Of a stretch of DNA of 64,000 nt, positions 26,837 through 35,015 are shown piece by piece. Source of the DNA: an uncultured Chlorobiaceae bacterium (GTDB lineage: Bacteria > Bacteroidota > Ignavibacteria > UBA10030 > SZUA-254). The number at the start of each line of letters is the position of its first letter. The first letter of the stretch is position 1. The notes below the pieces were generated by a model. It searched no databases, was not told the origin of the DNA, and saw only the letters and a program-made list of their open reading frames with translations. A program made the position numbers and the translations under genes. Location of the stretch: the NCBI GenBank assembly GCA_964410105.1, contig CAYPFY010000002.1, forward strand, positions 6,557-70,556. Direction: 5' to 3'.

Positions 26837-29800
26837 TCAGCGATGATCGGTCGACTTCACCGGATACGGAGGGATAGCCGGCACTTCAACGGGATGAGAC
26901 TGAATCTCATTCTGTAAAAACTTAATTGCGGCATCAAGCTGGGCGTCTTTCCCCTCAAAACTTTCATGCGGAGGATTATCGACGACGATATCAGGATCCA
27001 CGCCATGCCCTTCGATGAGCCACTTCCCCTCAGGACCATACACGCCCATTTCGGCGGCGCTGGCAATCCCCTTGTCGACCAGATACGTATCGAAACTCAG
27101 CCATATCTCGCCTCCCCAGGTCCTCGTGCCTATCACCTTCCCGAGCCCGAGGCGGCGGAAGCCCTCGGTGAACGCCTCGCCGTCGGACGCCGTCCGTTCA
27201 TCGCAGAGCACGACGAGATGACCCCGGAAGGCATACTGCATATTCCAGATAGGAGCGCCGACTCGCGGCTTCCAGTAGAACCAGGCTCTCCGCATCAGCT
27301 TCTCGAGAATCCAGCTGTCGATATTCCCCCCGGAATTGTGTCGCACATCGATAATCAGACCCTTCCGGTCGAACACCGGGTAAAAATTCTTGGCCCATTC
27401 GGAATAATTCCCGCCCCCCATGGCACGAAGGTGAACATATCCGATCTCCCCCTTCCCCTCTTTTTCCACCCGCATCCTGCGGGAGTACTCCCAGTCAGAG
27501 TACCTCAAGCCGAACTCATCCCCGGGAGAGATAGGCTTCACAATCGCGTCGAACTCCTTCCCTGAAGCCGGCTTGATATGGAGGAGAACCTGCTGGGATG
27601 ATTGATTCCGCAACATAAGGGCGGGTGACGCAGCTGAGAGAGTTGAGACCCCGTTCACCGACGTAATCACGTCCCCCTCGTTGATAGTCAGGCCCGCTTT
27701 CTTCAAAGGCGAAGAAATTTCCGGGTAATCGGGCTCGGCCTCATAAATGCGATCGATCCGGTAGCCGCCCTTCGCCTCATCGCGGCGGAGAACCGCGCCG
27801 AGCGATGCGACGGAAATCGGGTCGGGACTCAGCCTCCGGTCGCCGCCCACCACAAAAATATGCAGGGCGGAGAGTTCTCCCACGATATCCGTAAGCAGAT
27901 CATTCAGCTCATCGCGATCCGACACCCGGTCCACGAGGGGGAGATGTTTCGCCATGAGACCTTTATAATCCGCGCCGTGGAGACCCGGGTCGTAGAAATA
28001 ATCCCGTTCGAGGCGCCATGCTTCGACGAACATCTGGCGCCATTCTTCGCGGGGGGTCAGGGAAAAACTCCAGCTTCCCAGATTCACCTTTGACTTTGGG
28101 AGTTCGGTGGGCGCCGTCGCGGAGGCGTCGATAACATAAAAATCATCCGACTTCCTCACCAGAAGTTTTTTACCATCGCGTGAGAGCTCGTAGCTCGCCA
28201 TATCATCAAGAAGAGTTTTTGATGAAAGATCCTTATTCTTGATCTCCAGGGCGAGGAGCTTCGTCTTCGAATTCAAAGCGGCATCCCTCTCCGTCCAGAA
28301 CAGGAACTTATCATTCATGGAGAGGTTACTGTATGTGCCGGCGGGCATGGGCACTTCATAGACCCGGTTCTCGAGCCCGTCAAGGTCGATAACGACTTCC
28401 ACCTTCTTCTCGGCCTTATCGGACTTCTCCGACTTCTTGGAAGACTCGTCCTTCTTATCGGATTTTGAATCAGAGTCAGACGAGGGGGCAAGTTCATCGG
28501 GGGGGCTAAAGGGAAATCGGCCCTCCTTCTTCAGCGAAACTGAATAAATCTTCGTGGTTTTGTCAAAGAACGGTTCCGGCTGTCGTGATCCCCAGGGGCT
28601 GCTCACCACAGACTGGAAGAACCGGTCTGACAAAAAATAAATCCATGCGCCGTCCCGGCTCCAGACCGGGTTATAGCTATCGATCCTCTCGCTCGTCAGA
28701 GTAACCGTCTTCCCGTCGGGAACATGGTAGAGTTTTATCTGCTGGTACTGATTCTCGGCGGCGACCGAATATGCGAGCCACTTACTATCGGGCGAGAACT
28801 GCAGATCGGAGAACCCGGAAACATCGGACGAGGCGATCATCAGATTCTTCTTCGAAAGAGCATCGAAAAGCCAGAGCTTTTGATTCTTATCGTCGAAGGC
28901 AATGAGATTCCCGTCGGGGGAAGGGACGCCGTCGAAACGGAACACCGACCCGTCGTGCGTAAGAAGTTCCGGTTTTCCCACCCCGTTTGACTGAAGCTTA
29001 CAGAATTCCAGCTCACCCGTTTCATCCGAGAGAGCGAGCAAACTCTTGCCGTCCGGCATAAAGCGGGCCGCGCGATAGCGCACCGTATTCTTAAGAGTGG
29101 CGTGAACAAGCCTTCCCTCCTGTGCGGGGGCGACGAACACCTGACCGCGTGCGGTAAGGGCTATCCGGTCGCCGTTCGGCGAAATACTTGCGGAGGTCAC
29201 ATATTCCATCGGCTTCGTCACCCATTTTTCCCTGGTCTGGTCGAAATCCGAGGAAAGCGTGATTGCAAGCTCGCGGTCATTTCCGGCAGAAACGTCGAAC
29301 AGATGCAGATCGGCTCCCACCTGATACACAATCTTCCCATCCCGGAGCGAGGGTGATTTCACATCAAAGCCTTTATGAGTCGTCAGCTGTTTAAGATCGG
29401 ATCCGTTTTCATCCATCGACCAGAGATTCATCGTCCCGTCGCGGTCGCTCGCAAAATAGATTCGTCCTTTCCAGAACATCGGGTTCTTGCTCGTCCCTGC
29501 ATAATCGGCGGTGAGGGGGACAGCCTCCTTTGAGCCGGGAAGGAACGTCCAGAGATTCTGGGCGGTCCCTCCGGCATAGCGCTTCGTATTGCTCCCCTGA
29601 AACGGGAGGCGGGTAAAAAACAAAACACCCTTATCGTCGTAGCACCCGTCGCTCGCCTGGCTCAGGGGAACAGGCTCAGAGGATTTCTTTGCAAGGTCGT
29701 AGAGAAAAAGTTGTCTATTGGGAAGAGTCGAGAAGTGGCCGGTCGCGTAAATAATCTTTCCATCCGGCGTCCAGCCGATAGTAAGCGCATTATCCCCGTC

Positions 29801-30100
29801 AAAAGTACGTCGGGTGGGGAGGCCCCCTTCTGTCGGCATCGTATAAACCTCGGTGGGACCTTCATACTGTGCGGAGAACGCCAGCGTTTTCCCGTCAGGG
29901 GAGACGGCGGGGAGAATCTCCGACCCGAGGTTGGACGTCAGACGGCGTGCTGCGCCCCCCGCGAGGGGTACGACCCAGAGATCCCCCTCGGACGTGAAAA
30001 TAACATTATCGCCCGAAAGGGCTGGATACCGGTAGTACCCCTGCTGGCCCGCGGGTGAGAATTCTGCAAGAAAGATGGTAAATAAAAGCAGTCGTGTCAT
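26837..30100 (-). CDS. tricorn protease homolog (beta-propeller + PDZ + S41 peptidase)
   Basis: 1087 aa. N-terminus YRYPALSGDNVIFTSEGDLWVVPLAGG is characteristic of tricorn. TolB-like repeats. PDZ segment. C-terminal S41-type catalytic region. An internal Ser/Asp/Lys low-complexity linker. Confidence 0.85.
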   Translation of the reverse strand: MTRLLLFTIFLAEFSPAGQQGYYRYPALSGDNVIFTSEGDLWVVPLAGGAARRLTSNLGSEILPAVSPDGKTLAFSAQYEGPTEVYTMPTEGGLPTRRTFDGDNALTIGWTPDGKIIYATGHFSTLPNRQLFLYDLAKKSSEPVPLSQASDGCYDDKGVLFFTRLPFQGSNTKRYAGGTAQNLWTFLPGSKEAVPLTADYAGTSKNPMFWKGRIYFASDRDGTMNLWSMDENGSDLKQLTTHKGFDVKSPSLRDGKIVYQVGADLHLFDVSAGNDRELAITLSSDFDQTREKWVTKPMEYVTSASISPNGDRIALTARGQVFVAPAQEGRLVHATLKNTVRYRAARFMPDGKSLLALSDETGELEFCKLQSNGVGKPELLTHDGSVFRFDGVPSPDGNLIAFDDKNQKLWLFDALSKKNLMIASSDVSGFSDLQFSPDSKWLAYSVAAENQYQQIKLYHVPDGKTVTLTSERIDSYNPVWSRDGAWIYFLSDRFFQSVVSSPWGSRQPEPFFDKTTKIYSVSLKKEGRFPFSPPDELAPSSDSDSKSDKKDESSKKSEKSDKAEKKVEVVIDLDGLENRVYEVPMPAGTYSNLSMNDKFLFWTERDAALNSKTKLLALEIKNKDLSSKTLLDDMASYELSRDGKKLLVRKSDDFYVIDASATAPTELPKSKVNLGSWSFSLTPREEWRQMFVEAWRLERDYFYDPGLHGADYKGLMAKHLPLVDRVSDRDELNDLLTDIVGELSALHIFVVGGDRRLSPDPISVASLGAVLRRDEAKGGYRIDRIYEAEPDYPEISSPLKKAGLTINEGDVITSVNGVSTLSAASPALMLRNQSSQQVLLHIKPASGKEFDAIVKPISPGDEFGLRYSDWEYSRRMRVEKEGKGEIGYVHLRAMGGGNYSEWAKNFYPVFDRKGLIIDVRHNSGGNIDSWILEKLMRRAWFYWKPRVGAPIWNMQYAFRGHLVVLCDERTASDGEAFTEGFRRLGLGKVIGTRTWGGEIWLSFDTYLVDKGIASAAEMGVYGPEGKWLIEGHGVDPDIVVDNPPHESFEGKDAQLDAAIKFLQNEIQSHPVEVPAIPPYPVKSTDHR

Positions 30101-30178
30101 AGTAACCTCGTAGAAATTGGGCGGGGATTCCTTGAAAGTAAAGAGATTTCAGCCAACTATCAACCTGCGGGGATAAAA

Positions 30179-31153
30179 TCAGTGCGCCAGAAAATCCGCG
30201 TTGATCACACGGTTGACCCCATCCTTATGGAGCGAGTATTGCAGACCCTTCTTATAACTGAAAGCTCCTACCTCATCGTTTTTATTGATTGCGATAAACC
30301 CCACGAGAAAATTATCGACATCCTTATACTGGGGCTGTTTCGTGATCAAACGTTCGACTGCAAGCCGGCACGCCTCCTGGGGCGATTTTCCATTGCGCAT
30401 CAACTCGACGACAAGAAAACTCCCGGCCACCTTGATCACCGTCTCCCCGAGACCGGTGGAGGTCGCCGCTCCCACCTCATTGTCCACATAGAGGCCTGCG
30501 CCGATGAGGGGTGAATCCCCCACGCGGCCGTGCATCTTCCATGCGGCGCCGCTCGTCGAACAGCCCCCGGCGATATTCCCCTGAACATCGACGGCGATCA
30601 GGCCGATCGTATCATGATTCTTCTCGTTCAGGGGGGGATTATACCCGCTCGACTTCAGCCAGTCGGCGTAAGCCTTCTTTGCGTTATCCGTCAGCAGATC
30701 TTCTCTGGTAAAACCCTGTTCGAGGGCAAACTGCAGGGCCCCGTCGCCGGCCAGGACGACATGCGGAGTTTTTTCCATCACCCTTCGGGCGACAGAGATG
30801 GGATGCATAATATGTTCCAGAAAAACCACGGACCCGGCATTCCCGCGAGAATCCATGATACAGGCATCGAGCGTGAGATGGCCGTCGCGGTCCGGGAAAC
30901 CGCCCCGTCCGACGCTCGTCGTTTTGGGGTCTTCCTCCACGACGCGAATAGCCTTCTCAACGGCATCCAGTGCGCTCGCGCCCGACATCATCGCGGAGAA
31001 CGCCGTCTCGTTCACCGGGAGCTTAAAATCCCATGTCGAAAGAACAATCGGGTGGGTCCTCGCGCCCGCATTCTTCCAGACGCCGGACGTTGAGGGGAGA
31101 AGGGAGCCGATAGCGGCAGTTTTCAGGAAATCCTTACGGTTCATAAGAATCAC
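30179..31153 (-). CDS. N4-(beta-N-acetylglucosaminyl)-L-asparaginase / isoaspartyl peptidase (Ntn-hydrolase, Asparaginase_2 family)
   Basis: Signal or TAT-like N-terminus. Autoproteolytic site HDTIGLIAVD (nucleophilic Thr). GRGGFPDRDG and SPLIGAGLYVD motifs typical of glycosylasparaginase. Confidence 0.8.
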   Translation of the reverse strand: MILMNRKDFLKTAAIGSLLPSTSGVWKNAGARTHPIVLSTWDFKLPVNETAFSAMMSGASALDAVEKAIRVVEEDPKTTSVGRGGFPDRDGHLTLDACIMDSRGNAGSVVFLEHIMHPISVARRVMEKTPHVVLAGDGALQFALEQGFTREDLLTDNAKKAYADWLKSSGYNPPLNEKNHDTIGLIAVDVQGNIAGGCSTSGAAWKMHGRVGDSPLIGAGLYVDNEVGAATSTGLGETVIKVAGSFLVVELMRNGKSPQEACRLAVERLITKQPQYKDVDNFLVGFIAINKNDEVGAFSYKKGLQYSLHKDGVNRVINADFLAH

Positions 31154-34100
31154 ATGTGAGATAAAATTTTTCCGTCCGTTCTGTTAACAAACATCACTGC
31201 GCTCCTTTGAGCCGGCACATGAACGGTGAGAGCCCTCCCCGACTCCGTAAGCTTCACCGGAAGATCGGCATCCCTGTCCAAATCCGACACGCACGTGATC
31301 AGAAGAGTCTTGGCAAAAAGAGTCGGAAGCACCACAAAAGGAATTTTACATGACAGTGCCGGCACGACCCCCGCGTGTTCAAGGGCAAAACCATAGAGCG
31401 CTGTTGTCGGCTCGGGAGATTCGGAAAGTTCAATTGGCACTGGCGCCCAGATAAGGAATCCCTTCCCGTGGGGAGTACTCAAAACTTCCCTATGGTCAAA
31501 GCCTTTTTCAAGCCTTTCGATCTTTTTCCCGCGAAACCCGAGCTGGAAATCCGTTCCGCCGATCGTTAGAAACTCCTCCTGGGACACAGGTTTACACGAG
31601 GAATTTATTCCGAACTCCTTCAGGCGGTCGATCGGCATCCAGTGCTCATCCGAATTGATGCACCCGGTCACGAGAAGAGTAGAACCCTGTTCAACGAAAC
31701 TGAGCAGCAGAGTCCAGGCGTTCTGGTTCAGCACCCGGGGCGAGGGAAGAATAATAAGCTTGCGGGGCGTGAGACCGGGGCGGAGACGGTATTCGGAGAT
31801 CGCCGAAGGAAGAACCTGAAAATTTCTCGTCAGAGCCCGGACGCACCGCTGTGTCGCTTCGGTTGAAAAATCCCTCGTCGAAAACATCTGCGAATGAGGA
31901 ATGACCATCAGCACCTCCTCTTCCACCCTCCCGGCCATATGCAGACGATTGGCCTCAAAAAAACGCGCAAAAGATTCGACGGGTTCTAATTCCGGCTTCG
32001 CCGTCCCGTCGGGCCGGAAAAGACCTATCGCCGCCTCGTTATCGGATTTCATATAGGGATTAGTATTCCAGACCCACTCGATGAATCCTGCCCCGCCGGC
32101 ACCGAGGGCGATGGCCAGCTTTCGTTCCAGCAAATCCCGGGCGTCAGCCTCGCTTCGCCAGGGAGAGCCGTCCATTTTCTCATAGAACATAATCCCGGTC
32201 TCTTCAATCAGATTCGGCCGTCCGGAGATCCTTGTCATCACCTGATCCCAGACAAGATCATCGTTAAGCCACCATGTGTGGATACACGTAAAATCCACAT
32301 CATCCCCAAAAAACTGGGGAGAAGGCCTGTCGGCGGTCCCTCCCTCATCCTGGCCGACGGTCACAAGATGGCCCGAGACCGATTTCACCGTAGAAGCCAT
32401 CTCCCGTGTCCAGCGGGCGAACATCTCCTGTGCAAAGAGCCGGTAATCGATCACCTTAAGGGAGACCCTGTCGCCAAAAATGTTCACATCCTCAAAATCC
32501 TCCGGCGTCGGGAGGGAGAGGGCATCATCGGCGGTCGTACGATAAACCTCCTGCAACCTCCCTGTCAGTAGCGCATCGGACTCAGAAGAGTATTTCTCAT
32601 AAAGCCACTTCTTCCAGGCTGTTTTCTCATAAAGATCGCCGTTCGGGCGGCATTCCCAGAGTTTCTGCGGATTACAGAAAGAGGGCTCGTTAATAAAATC
32701 CCAGAAAATCCCGGGTGTGGTACGGTACCTTTGCACAAAACTCAGGACAAATTCCTTCTGCGCATCAACCGCGCGGGGGTCGAGATACGGATTCACGCCC
32801 CCCCACATTTCGGGAAGAAACGCAAAGAAAGTGAAAATCACGGGAACATCGTACTTCCGGGCCGTCAGAACAAACGCGTCCATCGCGCGGAGAGCGGACT
32901 CCTCGGGAGCTCCCACATCGAGCATAAACTTCTTCCAGCCTGTCCAGATCCCGGTCCGGACCATATTGATGCCGGACGATTTCATCTCCTTGAAATCCCG
33001 GTCCCACACTGCGGGATTCGCCTCAAAAAGGAATTTCCGGTGGACATCCGAAGCCATATACGTCGTACCCGTCACCGGATAGGCAGAGTTCTCCTGAAGA
33101 AAATAGTCCCCGTTCGTCGAAAAACTCTTTCCCGCGGAAGCCAGCTTCCGATCATAAACCCAGAAACCGGTCGAGCGTTGTGGAAAACTCCCCAGGCTCG
33201 CGGTGACGGTATAAAAACCCGGAGGATGTGCCACCTTCGAATCAACGGTGCCGGTTGCAAGTTTTTCCGTGCCGGAGAGCGAGACCGACAGCCTTTCAAG
33301 CACTGAACCGGCGGAACTGCGCACCTCCACCTGACACTTCTCAGAAATCCTGACATTCCCCCTTGGCCGGTGCAGGCGCACGGACAGCGACATCCTTTCC
33401 CCCTCATGGTAGCAGGCGAGAGAAGAATGCGCGGACAATTCAGAAGAGCCTTCCAGGGCGATTCCGGCGAGAACTTTGACTGCGTTTGTTGAAATGCTGC
33501 CCTTAAAATTGGCAAGAACCCAGCGGCCGCCTGCGAACGCGCCCTGCATCCTGTCTACCTGAAGAAAGGGGCAGACAAGCTTACGCCCGGCATCATTCAC
33601 GCCATGCACAAGAGGTTTTAGAAGCGCATCCCGCTGGCCGCCCGTGCCATCCTCGTCGGGAAAATCCTTCGTTGACGCAAACCGGACATAAGTTTCATAA
33701 AACTCCTCCGCCCTGAACTCTCCGAGGAGGGCCTGGGCGCCATCATGTGCCGTGAAAGAAGTCACCTTGCCGGCCGGCACCGGGAATGACTGAGTAATCC
33801 CCAGCTTCTGATGGTACGCCGTTTCAGAATTCCCGATCCGCCATGCCGATCCATCGCGGGTCACGGGATTTTTAAACGGGATCCCGCCGAGATTCAGCCA
33901 GTTTCCCCCGGAAGTCAGATACTCCAGCAAATCGGGGAAAAATTCTTTTGGGAAGAGCGACCCATAGGGATTCACAAAAAGATCGGCGTCTCGCGAGGAC
34001 ACGGCATCCTTAAAACTCAGGAAAGCAACATCGAAGCCATGAAGCGCCTCCCCCACTTCGGTTCTGGAGGGAAGCGGAATCTCCCCTGCCGGAAATGACG

Positions 34101-34230
34101 GCTCCGAAAAAATGACGATGCGAGGGGATTTCCTGGATAGTGCCGGGCCGAACGCCGGGAGGACCGAGGCAAGAGCGATGCCCCCTGCCGTTTTAATAAA
34201 TTCCCTCCGGTCGATATACGCGGGCGGCAT
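31150..34230 (-). CDS. TAT-secreted multidomain glycoside hydrolase, clan GH-A (GH5/GH42-like TIM barrel) with GATase1-like flanking domains
   Basis: Twin-arginine leader DRREFIKTAGGIALA. Putative acid/base in WDFINEPS and nucleophile in LIEETGIM. 1026 aa. The family assignment is tentative. Confidence 0.55.
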   Translation of the reverse strand: MPPAYIDRREFIKTAGGIALASVLPAFGPALSRKSPRIVIFSEPSFPAGEIPLPSRTEVGEALHGFDVAFLSFKDAVSSRDADLFVNPYGSLFPKEFFPDLLEYLTSGGNWLNLGGIPFKNPVTRDGSAWRIGNSETAYHQKLGITQSFPVPAGKVTSFTAHDGAQALLGEFRAEEFYETYVRFASTKDFPDEDGTGGQRDALLKPLVHGVNDAGRKLVCPFLQVDRMQGAFAGGRWVLANFKGSISTNAVKVLAGIALEGSSELSAHSSLACYHEGERMSLSVRLHRPRGNVRISEKCQVEVRSSAGSVLERLSVSLSGTEKLATGTVDSKVAHPPGFYTVTASLGSFPQRSTGFWVYDRKLASAGKSFSTNGDYFLQENSAYPVTGTTYMASDVHRKFLFEANPAVWDRDFKEMKSSGINMVRTGIWTGWKKFMLDVGAPEESALRAMDAFVLTARKYDVPVIFTFFAFLPEMWGGVNPYLDPRAVDAQKEFVLSFVQRYRTTPGIFWDFINEPSFCNPQKLWECRPNGDLYEKTAWKKWLYEKYSSESDALLTGRLQEVYRTTADDALSLPTPEDFEDVNIFGDRVSLKVIDYRLFAQEMFARWTREMASTVKSVSGHLVTVGQDEGGTADRPSPQFFGDDVDFTCIHTWWLNDDLVWDQVMTRISGRPNLIEETGIMFYEKMDGSPWRSEADARDLLERKLAIALGAGGAGFIEWVWNTNPYMKSDNEAAIGLFRPDGTAKPELEPVESFARFFEANRLHMAGRVEEEVLMVIPHSQMFSTRDFSTEATQRCVRALTRNFQVLPSAISEYRLRPGLTPRKLIILPSPRVLNQNAWTLLLSFVEQGSTLLVTGCINSDEHWMPIDRLKEFGINSSCKPVSQEEFLTIGGTDFQLGFRGKKIERLEKGFDHREVLSTPHGKGFLIWAPVPIELSESPEPTTALYGFALEHAGVVPALSCKIPFVVLPTLFAKTLLITCVSDLDRDADLPVKLTESGRALTVHVPAQRSAVMFVNRTDGKILSHM

Positions 34231-34238
34231 CGTACGGC

Positions 34239-35015
34239 TCAGATAGTCGAAGCAGGTTCCCAGAGCTCGATCTTATTACCTTCGGGGTCAAGGATCCATC
34301 CAAACTTCCCGTGCTCACGCGTCTCCACCTTCTCATCCACAATGATACCTTCATCCCTGAGTTTTGCAAGAAAACGATCCAGATTTTCCACGCGATAATT
34401 CAGCATAAACGGTTTATCGGTCGGGCGGAACTGGGTTGACTCGGCAGGGAAGAAAGACAGCGTCGTCCGCGCTACGTGTTTCGGGTTATCATATTCCCGC
34501 CAGAGAAACGAGCAATGGTCGGCATCGCCGAATTTTGTGCCCAGATGTGCGTCGTACCACTGCGCGAGGCTTTTGGGAAAACTCGATTTGAAGAAAACTC
34601 CGCCGATGCCGGTCACGGAATTAAACCCGCGGGCCCCGGTTGAAAACTTTTCTATCATGGCAAAGGGCACCTTCGTATCGGCGTACACCTGCCAGGTCTT
34701 GATCTTCTTTCCGTCAACAACTGCCTTCCATGAGGCGGGAAGCCGCCAGGAAGCCTCGACCATCTTATGATACGACCCTCCGGCCGAGCCGAAGAGCGCC
34801 ACCGTATCCCCCATCTCGACCGCGTGAGTAATCTCGATAGTAAAATCGGGGAAAAGCTGAAAATACTTATACCAGCCTTCCCGGTTCACACTATTCCCCA
34901 CGACCTCCGTGCCGTGAGCATCGACAAAAACATGATCCTCGGTCATCATCTTCCACATCGAGAAGAGATCATGCGCATTGATAAACTGAATGAACTGCAG
35001 CGCGATATCTTTCAT
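34239..35015 (-). CDS. NTF2-like (SnoaL) / VOC (glyoxalase-like) fusion protein
   Basis: Start MKDIALQF at 35015 (ATGA overlap with GH92). N-terminal SnoaL-like pattern. C-terminal HGKFGWILDPEGNKIELWEP VOC beta-alpha-beta-beta-beta module. Confidence 0.5.
   Translation of the reverse strand: MKDIALQFIQFINAHDLFSMWKMMTEDHVFVDAHGTEVVGNSVNREGWYKYFQLFPDFTIEITHAVEMGDTVALFGSAGGSYHKMVEASWRLPASWKAVVDGKKIKTWQVYADTKVPFAMIEKFSTGARGFNSVTGIGGVFFKSSFPKSLAQWYDAHLGTKFGDADHCSFLWREYDNPKHVARTTLSFFPAESTQFRPTDKPFMLNYRVENLDRFLAKLRDEGIIVDEKVETREHGKFGWILDPEGNKIELWEPASTI

Noticed and set aside
28420-28500. Low-complexity Ser/Asp/Lys stretch inside the tricorn protease gene, as a possible repeat or frameshift region
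   Set aside because: It is in frame and reads as a charged inter-domain linker (SDSDSKSDKKDESSKKSEKSDKAEKK), with no tandem DNA repeat unit.
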